From Octopus sinensis (taxonomy: Eukaryota): a stretch of DNA of 64,000 nt. Location: contig NW_021836129.1 of assembly GCF_006345805.1 (NCBI RefSeq), positions 124,001 to 188,000 of the forward strand. Direction: 5' to 3'. Both the position numbers and the translations under genes were made by a program. The notes below the pieces were generated by a model. The model was not told the DNA's origin, ran no database searches, and saw only the letters and a program-made list of their open reading frames with translations. Each line of letters opens with the position of its first letter. The first letter of the stretch is position 1. Positions 25,444-38,818 of the stretch are shown here, piece after piece.

Positions 25444-27057
25444 TACCATTTACAACTCTATTTTGCATGTACGAAATTTAATTTGCGGTCAAAAAACTCA
25501 TTTCTGCAAGTAAGAAATGATTTTTTCGGTTAAGAAAGTCAATTTTGCAATCAAGAAAATTAATTTGCGGTCATGAAAATCGGTTTTGCAAGTGGGAATA
25601 TTACTTTAGCAAGTATGAAATTCAATTTTGCAAATTCATTTTGTTAACTTTGACGCAACATTAATGCGTTTAAACAATATATATGAAGTATTTTTACGTT
25701 TAAAATTAAATTAAAAATGGCATAAAATCGAGAAGCCTCCGAAAATTCACAAGAAAATGGTACAGAAGACATTTGCATAAACAAACAAGGAAGAGGACAT
25801 TACAGAAAATATTCAATGGAAAAACGAAAATTGATCATAGACACACACGATAGAGATAAAGATTGGCGCTCTTTATGCAGGTCTTTGGGAGTGAAAGAAA
25901 GGTCCGCATATTATTGGATTAAAAATAAAAAATTTGAATTACTTCCTAAAGGAGGAAAGATTTGGAGTAAAAAAACTGAAGAAATTATATCTGCTCTATT
26001 AAGTTGGATTGAATTTGATTGCCAGATATCACTGGTCGAATGTACTGAAAAAATTCAAGCTCAATTCAATGTTACTGTTTGTTTAAATAAAGTAAAAAAT
26101 TGGCTTGATGGACAATTAATTTCATTGAAATCAATTCGGCCAATCACAATCAACATGAATAAAGAGGAAAATAAAATTAAAAGAATGGAGTATTTAACAC
26201 GTCTTTTGAATGCGAGATCTAAAGGAAGAACTATAATTTGGATAGATGAGTCAAATTTTAATTTATTTTGTCGTCGTGAAGAAGGACGTTCAAAAATTGG
26301 ATGTCGGTCTATTGTTCTTGCACCCAGTAGCAGAGGACCAAATTTACATTGTATAGCTGCAATGTCATCGTCACAAATATATAATTTTAAGTGCAGAAGA
26401 GGCTCATATACAGGGGAGTCCTGTAAAACATGGTTTAAACAACTTATTAATGAATGTGATGCATCAGGAGTTACACATCCAACATTCGTAATTGATAATG
26501 CTCCTATTCACAGTAAACCTGAGTTTGTAATAAATCCAGGAGAAAATAGTGAATTATTAAGACTAGCGCCATATTCTTATTTAATCAACACAATAGAATT
26601 TGCTTGGAGTTCATTCAAAGCTGAAGTAAAGAAAAGAATTCGTGAAAATATGGATATAATTATAAATTATAAAAAAAACTGCAGAGGGACTGTCAATAAC
26701 CGAATTCTAAATGAGAATCTTGGAAAAGATTGCAATTGAGGCAAAAGAAGTATTAACTCCACAAAAGTTAATGGAATTCTCGAATCATGTGGAGAGATAT
26801 TACCCCTCAATTATTCGATGTGAAGATTTAACTGGCAATTCTTTTTTGTAATAAAAATTTCTTGCAAAATAGAATTTCTCACTTGCAAAATTGGTTTTCC
26901 CAGTCGCAAAATTCATTTACTATTTGCAAAAATGATTTTCCTAACCTCAAACCGGATTTTCCTAACCTCAAACCGAAATTGACATTCTTGACTGCAAATT
27001 TAACTTCCAAATTGCAGAAATGATGTTCTCAGCTGCAAAATTGACTTATAAATGGTA
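25444..27057 (+). mobile_element. IS630/Tc1-superfamily DDxE transposon with subterminal tandem repeats
   Basis: TA TSD; TIRs TACCATTTACAACTCTATTTTGCA / TGCAAAATTGACTTATAAATGGTA; degenerate ~21-bp subterminal repeats; ORF 25816-26739 with WIDESNF, IDNAPIH, LAPYSYLINTIE; C-terminal frameshift; absent from unit 2. Confidence 0.92.
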
Positions 27058-28531
27058 TAGTTATATCAATTTTTCTGTCCTGCAACTATCCAGAGATTTC
27101 TGGTTTCAAATTTGTCATTTCTCGGACTTTTTATTTTGATTTTCCAACCATTTCTAAAATAAATAGCATATAATTAGGTTTTATAGCAGCTAGACTACTA
27201 TTTCTGTCCCGTCTTTAAAAATTTTTAGAAGCGTCCGGGAAGCGGAAAAATTAAAGGCAAAGAGATGAACCCCAGTAGATCGCACCTATACATGGTTTCT
27301 TACGTTCAGCTGTGTCGTTTTCATATAATTTAGCAAGAGCTCAATGCAAGTCAATGTGACAAAAGTTTCATTTGTTATCAACAGGGTTGTTTGATTTAAA
27401 TCATTTCATTTTAGGGGTTCATTTCGATAAACATATTATTCCTGGAAAGACTGGCAGTCGAGCCAGTATTTCGAATGAGGCAGCATTATTTGTTATTCCG
27501 TCTAATATTGATATCTCTCAAAATCCGTCAAAAGTTGAAATTGGCGTAATCAACGAATTGTCCCTGAGGATGAGGGACCGATCATTAATCAATTTTGTTA
27601 CTACGATGACGTTATCGAACAAAAATTTGATAAACATGCTACTCGCTAGATACATATATCCAAGAATACTACTTCTGGAGTTGTAGCACATCTAGAATTT
27701 GTTCAGTTTATCCAAATGTTTCTTTCTGGCTATCGTTTACATTCTCATCCTCAAATTGGTCGTCCATTTCTCGATCGAGTGTACCACCAACTACATGAGG
27801 ACTGTCGACAAAAACTTATTTCATACAAATCCTCTTTAAATAACAAAAATAAGATTTTTTACTGTATGTAAGTCCAAGTTCCGTCTTAAAAAACTTGGAA
27901 ACGACCCCGTCTCGTTTATTGCTTTTTTGAACTTTGGACTGCTTCAGGTGGTCTTGGGAAGTGACTTTCACTTTGATGATAATATTTTTTTTATTTTGTC
28001 ATACACGAATAAGCTTGTTACATCGAATTCTCGTAATTCAACATTTTTTGTCGATAGGATTTACAAGGGTGAGTACAAAGGCAATTTTAAATTCAGACAA
28101 TGAAAAATGTTTATCACAATCCACTACTTTCTGGGCGGAACTTTAACAACAAAAAACACTTTCCGCTTTACATAACTGGAAGATTAGGTATATATTGTCC
28201 TATTTCTAAAAGTGGGTGTAAAACTATCTGACATTGACGTTACACTCTTGCCTTCACTATACACAGACTAGTCAGCTTGGAATAAATTCGCACTTCCAGT
28301 CAAATACGTTCTGCCATACTTTACTCCCCTAATATACTTTGTGTCAATTCTAATAAAATGCATGCCGAATAATCTCTTCTTGTCACAAATGATCAAAAAA
28401 TCGAAATTTACAAAATTAGTCTAACTGAATAAATTATTGACTATTTATTTGTATAGAAAACATTAGTGTAGTGAAACTATATAAGGAACAATCAAAGAAA
28501 CAAAGGACCCCAAAATTGATACACTGTTAAT

Positions 28532-28815
28532 AAAAGTGCAGCTTTGGAGCTCTTGTAAAAGACCCTTCGCTGTGTGGGAGAATGTTATTAAGAAGACTTG
28601 GGAAGTTTACTTCGACATAGACCCAAAAGAGTGTCATGATGCAATAGGAATGTTTAGATCCGGGCAGATTGATTCACAAACCGGCATAGACGACTACCCC
28701 CAATAGATTGTCACTGGCCTTTATACACATCAGACAGTAATACACGTTTTTAGTACGACCCGTTGACTATCCGATTGATCCAATCAGCAATGAAATTGTT
28801 GGTGAGATATTATGA
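28532..28815 (+). other. Endogenous viral element: rhabdovirus-like glycoprotein G fragment, copy 1
   Basis: KVQLWSSCKRPFAVWENVIKKTWEVYFDIDPKECHDAIGMFRSG..DY(fs)PIDCHWPLYTSDSNTRF(fs)VRPVDYPIDPISNEIVGEIL*; cysteine spacing and motifs parallel the fusion-domain region of VSV/rabies G. Confidence 0.72.
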
Positions 28816-30244
28816 TTAATTTTGATTTTTCCGTTTATAAAGTCGAAATTTTGAAATAATTTTTAATTTCATTGATCAATAAACTGAAATTAAGAAGCCG
28901 TGAAGACAAGTAAAACGACCGAAAACAGTCCTTCTGGTCAAAAACTGTGAAATGGGAGGAAGTGTATATAATTTTGAGAAAAAGATTAGAAACAGATTAG
29001 AGGAATAAAATCGGAAAATATCACAAAAATGACGAAATTTCAGATAATTAAATCACTAAAAGAAACTTCATCACGAAATATTCCTTCTGAATCCAATTTA
29101 ATACAAAAAATAAAGCAAAGCTAATTAATAGAGCAGTACAACAAACTAAATAAACCGCATCTAATAATCTATTAGGTTTGTCATTAAAAATTTAGAAAAT
29201 TAAACAAAAATTAATGAAAAAAAGTTTATAATATTATTGAAATAATTATCTGTATCTTTTATTTAGATTTTTCTAATCGGTCCATAAAAAGTACATCTAA
29301 TTAAATTTTGTAAATTTTTAAGTTCATTTTAACTACTCCTATTATGACATAACTACTCATAACAGGCTCTTGTGGTCTGATTATTATTTCTGTCAATTGC
29401 TTATTAATCCACAAATTTTCTTCAAAATACTGACATGAATAACTGTTAATGACATGTGATGAATCGGTTTATCAGGTACGGAGAGAGAAACGTTATCTCC
29501 TCGTTTGAATAAACTGGAATAAAAAGAAACAGTCGTTTTCTGAATGATTTATAAATTTCGTTAATAATACTTTGTCGTAAAGTCAATCGAAGTAACTATT
29601 AGCAATACATGGAACACATAATTAGTTACGCCTACGCAGCGTAGGGAAAAACGATCAGCTACATCAATTGGGGAAAATTTTCGAAAATTCAATCAAGAAA
29701 CTGTCTAAGAAACAGGGTGACGACATAAAGAATGACACAGCTGCTACGCCCATACAAAAAATTTGCGTGAACAAGGGAAGAACGTCAGCGGAAAATGAGG
29801 ACCCTCCTTTAGACAGTGGTCTTGGTTGAATAATAATAATAAAAGATACAGGCTCGTAAAATTTGGAATGAATTTTTATTTTAAAAATAAAAAAAATTTT
29901 CAAAGAATGAGCTATAATTGAGTTTTTTTCTGTGAAGATGAACTGGGATTAAAGGTTAAGTGCGTTGAGTGCAACTTAATAAATAAAATAGACTGAACAT
30001 AATTATAACCACTTTGGGGAAGACCGCATTTTTCAAGATTAAAAAATCTCTAATATAAATTGAATATCTAAGAACAATCGATTTAAAGCTAATAATATCG
30101 AAAAGGAGGACGAAACAGTTAGATTGAATTTATAATTTCTCCATTACCTAAAATTGATTGATACTTTTTAATATAAAATAAAAAAAAATTTTTATTAAAA
30201 ATTAACGATAAATTTTATCTAAAAATATATTAGGATAACCTAAA

Positions 30245-30618
30245 ATGAAACAATTCATTGGAGACAATCCTATTCCCTCTTCGCGTACCCAGAAGATCTT
30301 TGGAGTGGTTTTCGACTCCTTAATGACGTTCTCAAGTCACGTGGAGGAGGCCCTAGCTAAAGGTCTTCGGAAGTGGAACGTCTTGAAAGCTCTGTTAAAG
30401 AAGAGTCCAGAGGAATTTCGGTCGGTTATAAAGAAATGCACTCCGATTGAGTTCCTCTGCAGAAGGAAGAGAAGGCGTTTCCGGGTTACGGTTGGGTCAT
30501 CATAAGATCATGTAAGGAGAGTACGGCTGTTGTTGGAGGCAGAGATCCCCTAATTAGTTAGTTCTGACCTATCTTTCTCGGTGATCTTGGAGTTAATAAA
30601 TAAATAAATAATAATAAA
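30245..30618 (+). mobile_element. Deleted LINE fragment (RT C-terminal region) with (AATA)n/(AAT)n tail
   Basis: KIFGVVFDSLMTFSSHVEEALAKG resembles the LGVxFDxxLTFxxHI motif after the RT core; near-identical copy at 60792-61165. Confidence 0.65.
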
Positions 30619-30624
30619 ATGAAA

Positions 30625-32636
30625 CAAATTCCGATAATGTTAATTAAGAAAAGTAAACTAATAATTAGACGACTCTCAAATTTTTGCTTCCCGAGTTCCC
30701 CATAACTCCACTTTGATCTTCCCCGCCATGATCCTCAATCTCCGCCTGGGGCGTACAGTCTCTGGGCCTCTTAAGGGACTTGCTGATCTTCATAGAGAAA
30801 TTATATTCCCGCCAGTCCCTATTTACGGAATTTGCAGAGTCCAGAATTTCACTGAAGCCATGTTTGTACTCGACAAACATGCTCTCCAAAGTGGCCTTCA
30901 GCGTTACAGTCTGGATGTAAGACCGAACACGTTCTTCAATCCCAAGGAGCTTCATGTACTTGCGGTAGATTGTTGAAACGATTCCATCCCACGTAATGAC
31001 AATTGGCACAATCTTCACCTTAGTCTTGTGAATCAGTTGTAATTCACTAGCTAAAATGTCGTATTTGTGCAGTTTTTCTACTTCCACACTCTTTAGGTTA
31101 TCTATTGAAGTCACACCCACTTCAATAAGCCATATTAGGTTTTCTCTTTTGTCGTAGAAAAAATGTCGGGTTTGTTATATTGAATTTTCAACTCTGTTGG
31201 AATTGTTGTATCAACTCGTATTTCTGCCAAGGTGTTGCACATAATACTCTGGACAGAGTGATTTTTCAGTCTTCTGGATTTTTTGAATCCAAATCTACGG
31301 CACAAGTGCATGTGGATGCATCTCACAATTTCATTGTGTCTTCTCGTATAATCCGAATTAAGCATCCTGTTGCATCTAGTTGCCATGTGATCAGCCGTCT
31401 TATTGGAAGATTTACAGTGTGGACATTTTGAATTAGGGTCTCTGAAAAAAATATTCCTGTCTTGAAGAAATGAAAACATAGCTTCAGATTTAGGAGATAT
31501 ATTCCCTTTCTAAAGCCATGTTGAAGACGATTGAATATCAAAATTGTTATCATAAAGGGATTCAAATAGCTTCGAGTGAAGTGTTTTCTTCTTGATATTG
31601 GACAGTAAGGAATCAATCTGCAATCTATTCAGTGATTTGGTTATCTCTTCTTGGGTGTTCGTTCCATATTTACAATGCAGGAATTCTGTGATCGTGGCCA
31701 TATGGGATTTTCTTTTCTGCTCGGCCCACAGAATTGCTGCCTTTCTTGGGGAGATTAACTTTCGCCTCTCCAGATTTTCACGAAAGTCAAACAGCATTTT
31801 TTCCGACCTGAAGGTAATCGAGGCAAGCCCTCTTTCAAGTTTGTCCCTCGGCAAATATAGCCTCTCCTTACAGGCTGGTTTCATATGAATATTTAGATCC
31901 ATTAACAGCTTCCTGACAAATTTGTCAATTTCATCAAGATAAAGCATGTTCATTAATTGCCTTAAACAAATTCACCGAATTTAGTTTCGTCTTCGACAAT
32001 CTTTTGATACGTTGCTGAACCTCAATCCGTAAATTTTTCAAAACTTCTTCTTTAACAACCTGACTAAACTTATTTTCCAATAAACCCAAATAACGGTAAC
32101 TATCCAGTCCATCCAGCAGTTTGGCATCATTTCTCAATAAACAACTATTTGTTGCCGACTTCTCACAATTCTTTTCCAAACCCGAAGCTTTAAAAAATAA
32201 ATCCACGTCTTTCATCATACACCCGAGTGTGACCTCATCTTTGGCGAGGAGTTTCAAATCATCAATGAACAAAAAATGGTTCGTAGAAAAAAACACTGAA
32301 TTTTCTTGATCGGTATTGACTGATAAATTTGGGTATTTAGCTGATAATAATCTGCTCAACGGATCCAAAGTCAAAATAAACAACTGAGGAGACAGGGAAT
32401 CTTCTTGGAGTATTCCACGTTCTATGTTAACAATTCCCAGATGCTGCTTTCCTAATTTGAGGGAGACCTTCCAATTTGGAATTATTGACATTACAAAGGG
32501 GAGGTCCAGTGAGTGAATTTCCGGAGGAATAAGGACGGCCATGAACATTTAAATCCACTCTTCCATTACAATTTTCACTATTATTTTGAGTAGATGCGTC
32601 CATAGATATGGTTATTCTATTTTGTAAACCAACCAT
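30625..32636 (-). mobile_element. RLE-type non-LTR retrotransposon (RT + CCHC + restriction-like endonuclease), degenerate, copy 1
   Basis: RGILQEDSLSP, HFLFIDDLKL, YRYLG, ERLYLPR, CPHC..TADHMATRC, YTRRHNE, NKPDI, EVEKLHKYD; several frameshifts and a ~40-bp deletion near 31935 relative to copy 2. Confidence 0.93.
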
Positions 32637-34698
32637 CCGTACACCACAAGAAATTTATATAGAAATGAAACAACAATATTCAAACGTATACGCTAATTTC
32701 ATAAATTGCGTGTGGTTGGTTTTGTTCATACAAATTGGGAAAAAATGAATTTTACATTAAAAATCGTATTTTTAATGATAATTCCAATACACAATTTTAC
32801 GCGCAATAGGCTTTAAGGTTGGTCTATTGATTGGGACAAAAAAATATACATTATTGGTCTATGATAATATAAAATTTTCCCCAAAAAGTGGTTTATTTCA
32901 TAAAATCATTGTATTTTACAGGAATGGCGAAAATATTTTTCCAAAAGCAAGGTTTTTCCCAAAAAAGGGTTCCCCGCAACTCGATTTTTTTAAATTCAAG
33001 GTCTCACTGTATTTAAAACCAATATTTAGACAGATGTTATTCACGTGTTTTTGTTTTTGTTAAAAATGCTGCTTAAAAATTTAGTACTAACTATTATAGA
33101 GTACAATACATTGTTTCTTATTTAAAAAGCAATACGATTGATGGAAGTTTAACTGAAATGAACAAGTCAAGATTTCTAAATACAAAAAAAATTTTTTACT
33201 AGAAGACTCTAGATTAGAACCAAATATGGAACAAAAAATTGTAATTGCTAAAAATTATATCTAAACCATTAAATCTGAATTTTGGAATTTACATTTGAAA
33301 ACGCATTATGAAGTAAACAAATCGAAAGAATAGTCTGAAAAATATTTTTTAGTATAAAGAGATTAATTATCTGAAAAGTTTATGCTGACTGTGTTCAATG
33401 TCAGTAATTAAAAGTGCATTCTCCTTTGATAAGCATTAATGAAACAGCTCCAAAAAAAGGATACTAGATGGATATGATAGATTTGAGTCCCTGGTATGAA
33501 ACGTGGTATCAAATATATTTTTTACATAATCGATATTTATTTAAAAATTTTGCTTTGTCTGAGCTATTAATTTAAGGAAACCATTTTTAATTTCTTCTAT
33601 TTTAAAAGCTTAATTTTATAGTTTTTGACCTCCTTAAAAATTACAATTAGGAAACAGTAAAGACTTTGAAAATGAGAAGGAAAAGTGATTTAAACAATAG
33701 GTTTTTAATCTAGGTCAATTTTCACAAAATATAGTTTACTTGGTTCGCCACATCTAAAATGTCCTAATCGAAAGGTTAACTTTGGTTTTATTATGTTAGT
33801 TGTATTGATAAGTTATCGACTGATTTGAAAAAATGTAAAAATGTTCATTATTTTGATATTTATTAAAATATTGATTGTTATTTTCTTTTTGAATGCAGCT
33901 TGTTGGTAAGATATAGTATTTCCTCAGAAAATATGGAATGCATATAGTAGCCCCGATTTTATAATTAATTCATTGTTGATTGATCTCAAATTTATAAACA
34001 AGGTTAAATATTCTGAATTAAGTTATGATAGAAGATCCGAATAAAAAGATATTTGATTTATATTATCTAACTTTCTGTCAGAAAATCTATAAATTTCATC
34101 CAAAAAGAGCTCTGAATAGATGAAAGTGTGCCCATTATTAGTATGTTGGACGTCCTCACTAATGTGAAACAGCTGAAACTACGTTCCTAGCTGAGTCTAA
34201 ACAGACCTAAAATATTAAATGTTATTTATTTTTTAAATTTTCTTAATTTATCAAATTAAATACAAAAAATATTTACACGTTAAGCACGTTATATTCTTTT
34301 CTTGTGTTGTGCATTTCTGTTGTTAATTATTATTTTTTTATTCCTTTCTATCAATGATTTTTTTTATAATATTATCGTTTTTATATATTTGAAGATTAAT
34401 TAAATTGACCGTTTGTAAAATATCCTGAATAAGGTTTATTTTGCAAGTATATTTGTATTCATTTCATCAATTAATTAATCTCCATTCCTATCGATTTTTT
34501 AATTAAATTTATTTTCTTTTACACTATATTGATCATTTTAGTATTTTATTGTTTATTTTTATAGTTGTAGTTTCCATTTTCATTAAAAGAATGCTTACGA
34601 GTTTTTTTAATAGTGTTGATTCTAATTTTTCTGGTGAAAATCTTTCCAATTTTTAACACAGAGATCTTATTTTTCCACCTGAATCCAATTCTTATTAC

Positions 34699-35469
34699 TA
34701 GGGCAACCAAAAATTGCACTTTTTAATAAAAAAATTGCAAAAATGAATTTTAAAAATTGTAAAAAATTGCAAAAATAATTTTTTTTAATTGTAAACATTA
34801 CATTATGCAAAAAATTAACGAAATTATTTATTGTAATAGGAAATCAAATATTCCTGAACATTTTCAGGTTTAAAGTTCCTCTCTTTACTAAGAATTTTCG
34901 TCAAAAGAGATATTGCCCTTTCGATAGATGCTGAACTTGCGCTACATTTTCTGAGATGTGAATAAACTTCTGGCGATAGATTCTTATTTGAGAATTCAAG
35001 AATACTTAGTATTCCTGATTTCTCAAGCTTTTTGATATATAGGATTTTATGTCGCATGGATCTGATGTAAAGTCTAGGGTGTTTAGATCACCATAAGCTG
35101 TTGCAATGGAGTAATCAAGCAATTCAGTATTTGAAATCATTTCAATTAATTCGGCGATTAACAGAATTAATCCCCTTTGCATAAAATGAAATTTTCTGTG
35201 ACACTGTCCTTTTACCCATTACAACAAACAACTAAAACACGTTTTAATAATCTTTTACTTATAATTATATTATTTTTTAATAAAAAAATTTTTTTTTTAA
35301 TTTAAAAAAATTGCAAAAAATTGTAAAATGACTACAAAAAATTGCAAAAAATTGCAAATTTAAATCGAATAAAAATATAATTAAAATTAATGTCTATTCA
35401 TTACTTTATTATTTATCGAATTTTAATTAAATTATATTTAATTGCAAAAAATTGCAATTGGTTGCCCTA
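34699..35469 (-). mobile_element. Deleted hAT element abutting the terminus of a second hAT element (35470-35534)
   Basis: TIRs TAGGGCAACCA / TGGTTGCCCTA; AAAATTGCA subterminal repeats; ASSASIERAIS dimerisation remnant; a second TGGTTGCCCTA end at 35524-35534 with GGTCATATTT repeats; the flanking 8-mers do not match each other. Confidence 0.85.
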
Positions 35470-35576
35470 GTCATAAAGTCATATTTTTTACGGTCATATT
35501 TAACTTTTTTAAGGTCATATTTCTGGTTGCCCTACTCATAACAGATCTTCGTGGTCTGATTATTATTTCTGTCAAA

Positions 35577-36488
35577 AGGGAAAACAGGTAAAATGGGGAA
35601 TAAGTTATACACGAATTAATAGAGAGCCTGGAGGTCAGCTCAAAGTCGCCGCACTGCGTATCGAGTGGCAGTTTCCGCGGAGCACTGCGACCGAGATTCG
35701 CTGGAAGAGCCAGCTCGTCTCCCTCCGGTCGTTGGTCATCTTGGCGATTCTCCTGGCAATGTCGGCAAGAAGGCGAGTCGCAGACCTGCCGACAATTCCA
35801 GATGTTTCGAAGGCGAGGGGGACAAACTCGTAAGAGTCCGAAATATTTCCATACTTCGACCTCTTAGCCTCCTCAGCCTGAGCACTGGCGGAACCCGGGT
35901 TAGTGATGGACTTGAGTAACACCGACGCGGAGAACGAGTCAACACAAGTTGCGTCCCAAATCAGGGACTTGCCTTCCCTGAAAGGGAAGGTAGTCATCCC
36001 GTCAGGACGCTTTCCATCACTCCGGCAGAGACCGACTGGCTCTAGAGTGGAGGGGAAACCTGCCGACTCTAGAGCCCTTTTCACGACGTCATTGAGGTGA
36101 GTGTGGCGAGGAATTCTACCAGCACTCTTCTTGCACGAGAGGGCATGCAAACCGTTCGGAGAGATCGTGGACCCGCACCGGCATGGGTGGGGCTGACAGA
36201 TGTCCAGGCCCAAGCGTAAGCAGACACCAATCCGTAAGGATTCGTCGTCCAAGAGATGTCCCGTACTAGGGGTAGGGAGTGCATTGAGCCAGTCTCCCGT
36301 ATGCGGCTGGCAAGCGCAGTTGAGAGATGCCAGTTGGACTTGGTCCAACTTTGACCGGAGTTTGCACAGAGTGTCTGAGCAAAATCATAGCCTACGACCA
36401 TCAGACTGGGGAGGACATGTGGGGACACTCCCATATATATGACTGCCGTGTCTCCTCCCCTCCAATCAACCTCCCAATACTCCAATCA
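35577..36488 (-). mobile_element. 5'-truncated CRE-clade non-LTR retrotransposon with captured neighbouring sequence at its 5' end
   Basis: ORF 35635-36348: GDWLNALP, CRCG..HALSC, RHTHLND, DGKRPDG, WDATC, AEEAKRSKY, LFQRISVAVLRGN; TSD ATTTCTGTCAAA (35565-35576, 36489-36500); empty at paralogous sites near 7285 and 29390. Confidence 0.93.
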
Positions 36489-36870
36489 ATTTCTGTCAAA
36501 TGCATATATAATCCACAGATTTTCTTCAAAATACTGACATGAATAACTGTTAATGACATGTGATGAATCGGCTTATCAGGTACGGAGAGAGAAACGTGAT
36601 CACTTCTTTCGAATAAACTGGAATAAAAAGAAACGGTCGTTTTCTGAATGATTTATAAATTTCGTTAATAAAACTTTGTCGTAAAGTCAATCGGATTAAC
36701 AAGTACACAACTTATCTTTACACAAAGAAAATCCCAAAACTTCAAATTATATTTAATCTATCCATTTGATGCAGATTAAGAGGAATATATATTTCTACTA
36801 GCAAATTTACAAACCCAGACACATAAATATTCAAAGTTCGACCAGTCACTCTGCCTGACCCCCAAAGACA

Positions 36871-38262
36871 TCAGAATGGCCATATTTTTATGAAAAATAA
36901 GCTGATTAAGTTTAGACTGTTACTTTCACTCTCCGGACATGAAGGAAACGTCAACTTCAACATCGAATAGTTGGACAACCATTGATAATCCTCACATGTC
37001 GATGACCTCTCCAGGCTAATCCGTTCACTGAAAACATGAACTTGCAAAGAATAAGCGTTCACTACCCTTGAGGAACAAAAAACAACACAATCGCCTCCTT
37101 AGTCATGTTATTCGATCGTAGTAGTGGGCAGCCTGTGAGTCAACCCATTTCTCCAATTGGTTATTAAACACACAATCAATGATATGAGTGGCTATTTGAT
37201 ATTCTCGAATGCTCTCAGTGTTTGTAGTGCAGTCTACCACTGTCCTGGCTATATTCACCACACTACACTGCTGTGTTGTACCCGTCTCTAATGAACCGAC
37301 AACACCCCTCCATCTGATCTCTCTCCTTGTCATTTGGATCAGTTCTGGGTCACTCATTCTGGGTAGGAGATCACCGACAAAATAAACCTAACCAATCCAA
37401 ATAGAAGTGAGAGAGATAAGTCAAAAATAGGATAACCAGTCGAATGGTCAAGACAAATCAACAAAACTCACTGAATAGGAGGCAGAGGTGTATAAAAGAA
37501 AAAGGACGGCTAGCAGATCATAGCCTACGACCATCAGACTGGGGAGAACATGTGGGGACACTCCCATATATATGACTGCCGTGTCTCCTCCCCTCTAATC
37601 AACCCCCCAATACTCCAAAGACACTCTCCAGTGGCCAACTCGCTCACCATTGTTTATAACGTGACCATCACACCACGAGATTTATTTATTTTATTAAATT
37701 CAAAAATATTCTCAAAAATTAACGATCAATAATCAATATTTATTTTACTCCTGTTCAGTTTCCGACCAAGTTCGCTGGATTGGCTTTATAATATTAATAA
37801 TATTAATCAGCACAATCTTCTCTACCAATTGACATCCGACAGCCTATCTCTCACATTCAGTCTGACTGGTGTGCCTCACCTGGCGACGTCTGTTGGCCGC
37901 CCAGAAATTGGTCATTGCCTTGGAAGGACATGACCATCCTTGAGGACCTGGGGTGTGGAAGACAGTCAAATATTCGGAGAATGTAAATAGAACATTCAAA
38001 AGACAGAATGTTTTTGTTGTGTGGTGACAGGTAGGGAAGACCATTCAGTTGTCCTACCCATTGTGGACATATCTGTGGGGGGCAGTTGTTGTGCGCGAAG
38101 GAACAGATTTGACGTGTTGTACATGCAGATATTGAATATCCCCAAAATGGTCATCAGGAAGAGGTTGAAGGAGAGGATTGTGAATGCACGGTCGGCATAG
38201 TGGAATGGTCTACGGTGGTTAGTCCTGGTGGGCCTGGGAGAGCGAGTGAGCATATACTCCAC
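36871..38262 (-). pseudogene. Degenerate membrane-protein-like region, copy 2
   Basis: Paralog of 7636-9270; hydrophobic segments FTILSFNLFLMTILGIFNI and VVGYDLLAVLFLLYTS; stops and indels. Confidence 0.35.
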
Positions 38263-38818
38263 TTCTCACAGGCTAATGGACTGTCAGTGGATTAGGTCGG
38301 CCAATATGACTATATATTTTGTTGTTTTCCCATTTACTTATTATTGTAAATAGACTAACAAATAGGCATGTTCGGAATAGTTGTTAATCAACAAAATACG
38401 AGTTTTATAGACAACTATGCTCAGTTTATTAACACCCAGTTAGTTTGTGTTTTAATTCAAGATTTGCACATTTGGTGAAAGTCTCGTTCTCGATCAGCAA
38501 CAAGTCAATGTTAGACTGAGCCATAAAAACACTGACCTGCGACACTACTTTGGTGGCTCTACAAACAGTGCTGTGCGCTCAATGGCAGTCAAATCATTCA
38601 AACACAGCTCAATTTGGTTAAGCGTGAAAAAGTCTGTCGAGTCAGTAGATGGGATGAGTGGTCGGTCGGAATAGGACAGGCCTACCGAATTACCATTGTC
38701 TTCTCGATGGGGGTAATGGCTAGCAATGTGGTGGAGAATTGCCTATATCGTCCATTCGAACCAAGGAAGTGCGATTGCGGGTCACATTGGCCCGATACAG
38801 CCTTTCCTCGGCACATGG

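Larger units (their letters stand above)
6642..28807. repeat. Tandem segmental duplication unit 1
   Basis: The block starting TATTATGATTAATTTT.. recurs at 28808 and 59613. Downstream content (7250-19300 junk block, five-gene cassette, viral fragment) recurs in the same order at 35535-59620. Confidence 0.88.

Noticed and set aside
27230-28450. Possible piggyBac-like Cys-rich tail (KHIIPGKTGSRARCRDC in unit 2) and neighbouring broken frames
   Set aside because: Too degraded; no TTAA-bounded ends or catalytic motifs could be supported.
29600-29903. ORFs at 29664-29903 and 60188-60450 as host genes
   Set aside because: No recognisable motif, the plus-strand frame has a stop in one copy, and they sit among retroelement debris.
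30625-32636. Active site-specific retrotransposon or prokaryotic RT system (retron, DGR, group II intron)
   Set aside because: The domain order RT-CCHC-RLE is a eukaryotic non-LTR element; both copies are truncated and frameshifted, and no rDNA or other conserved target flanks them.
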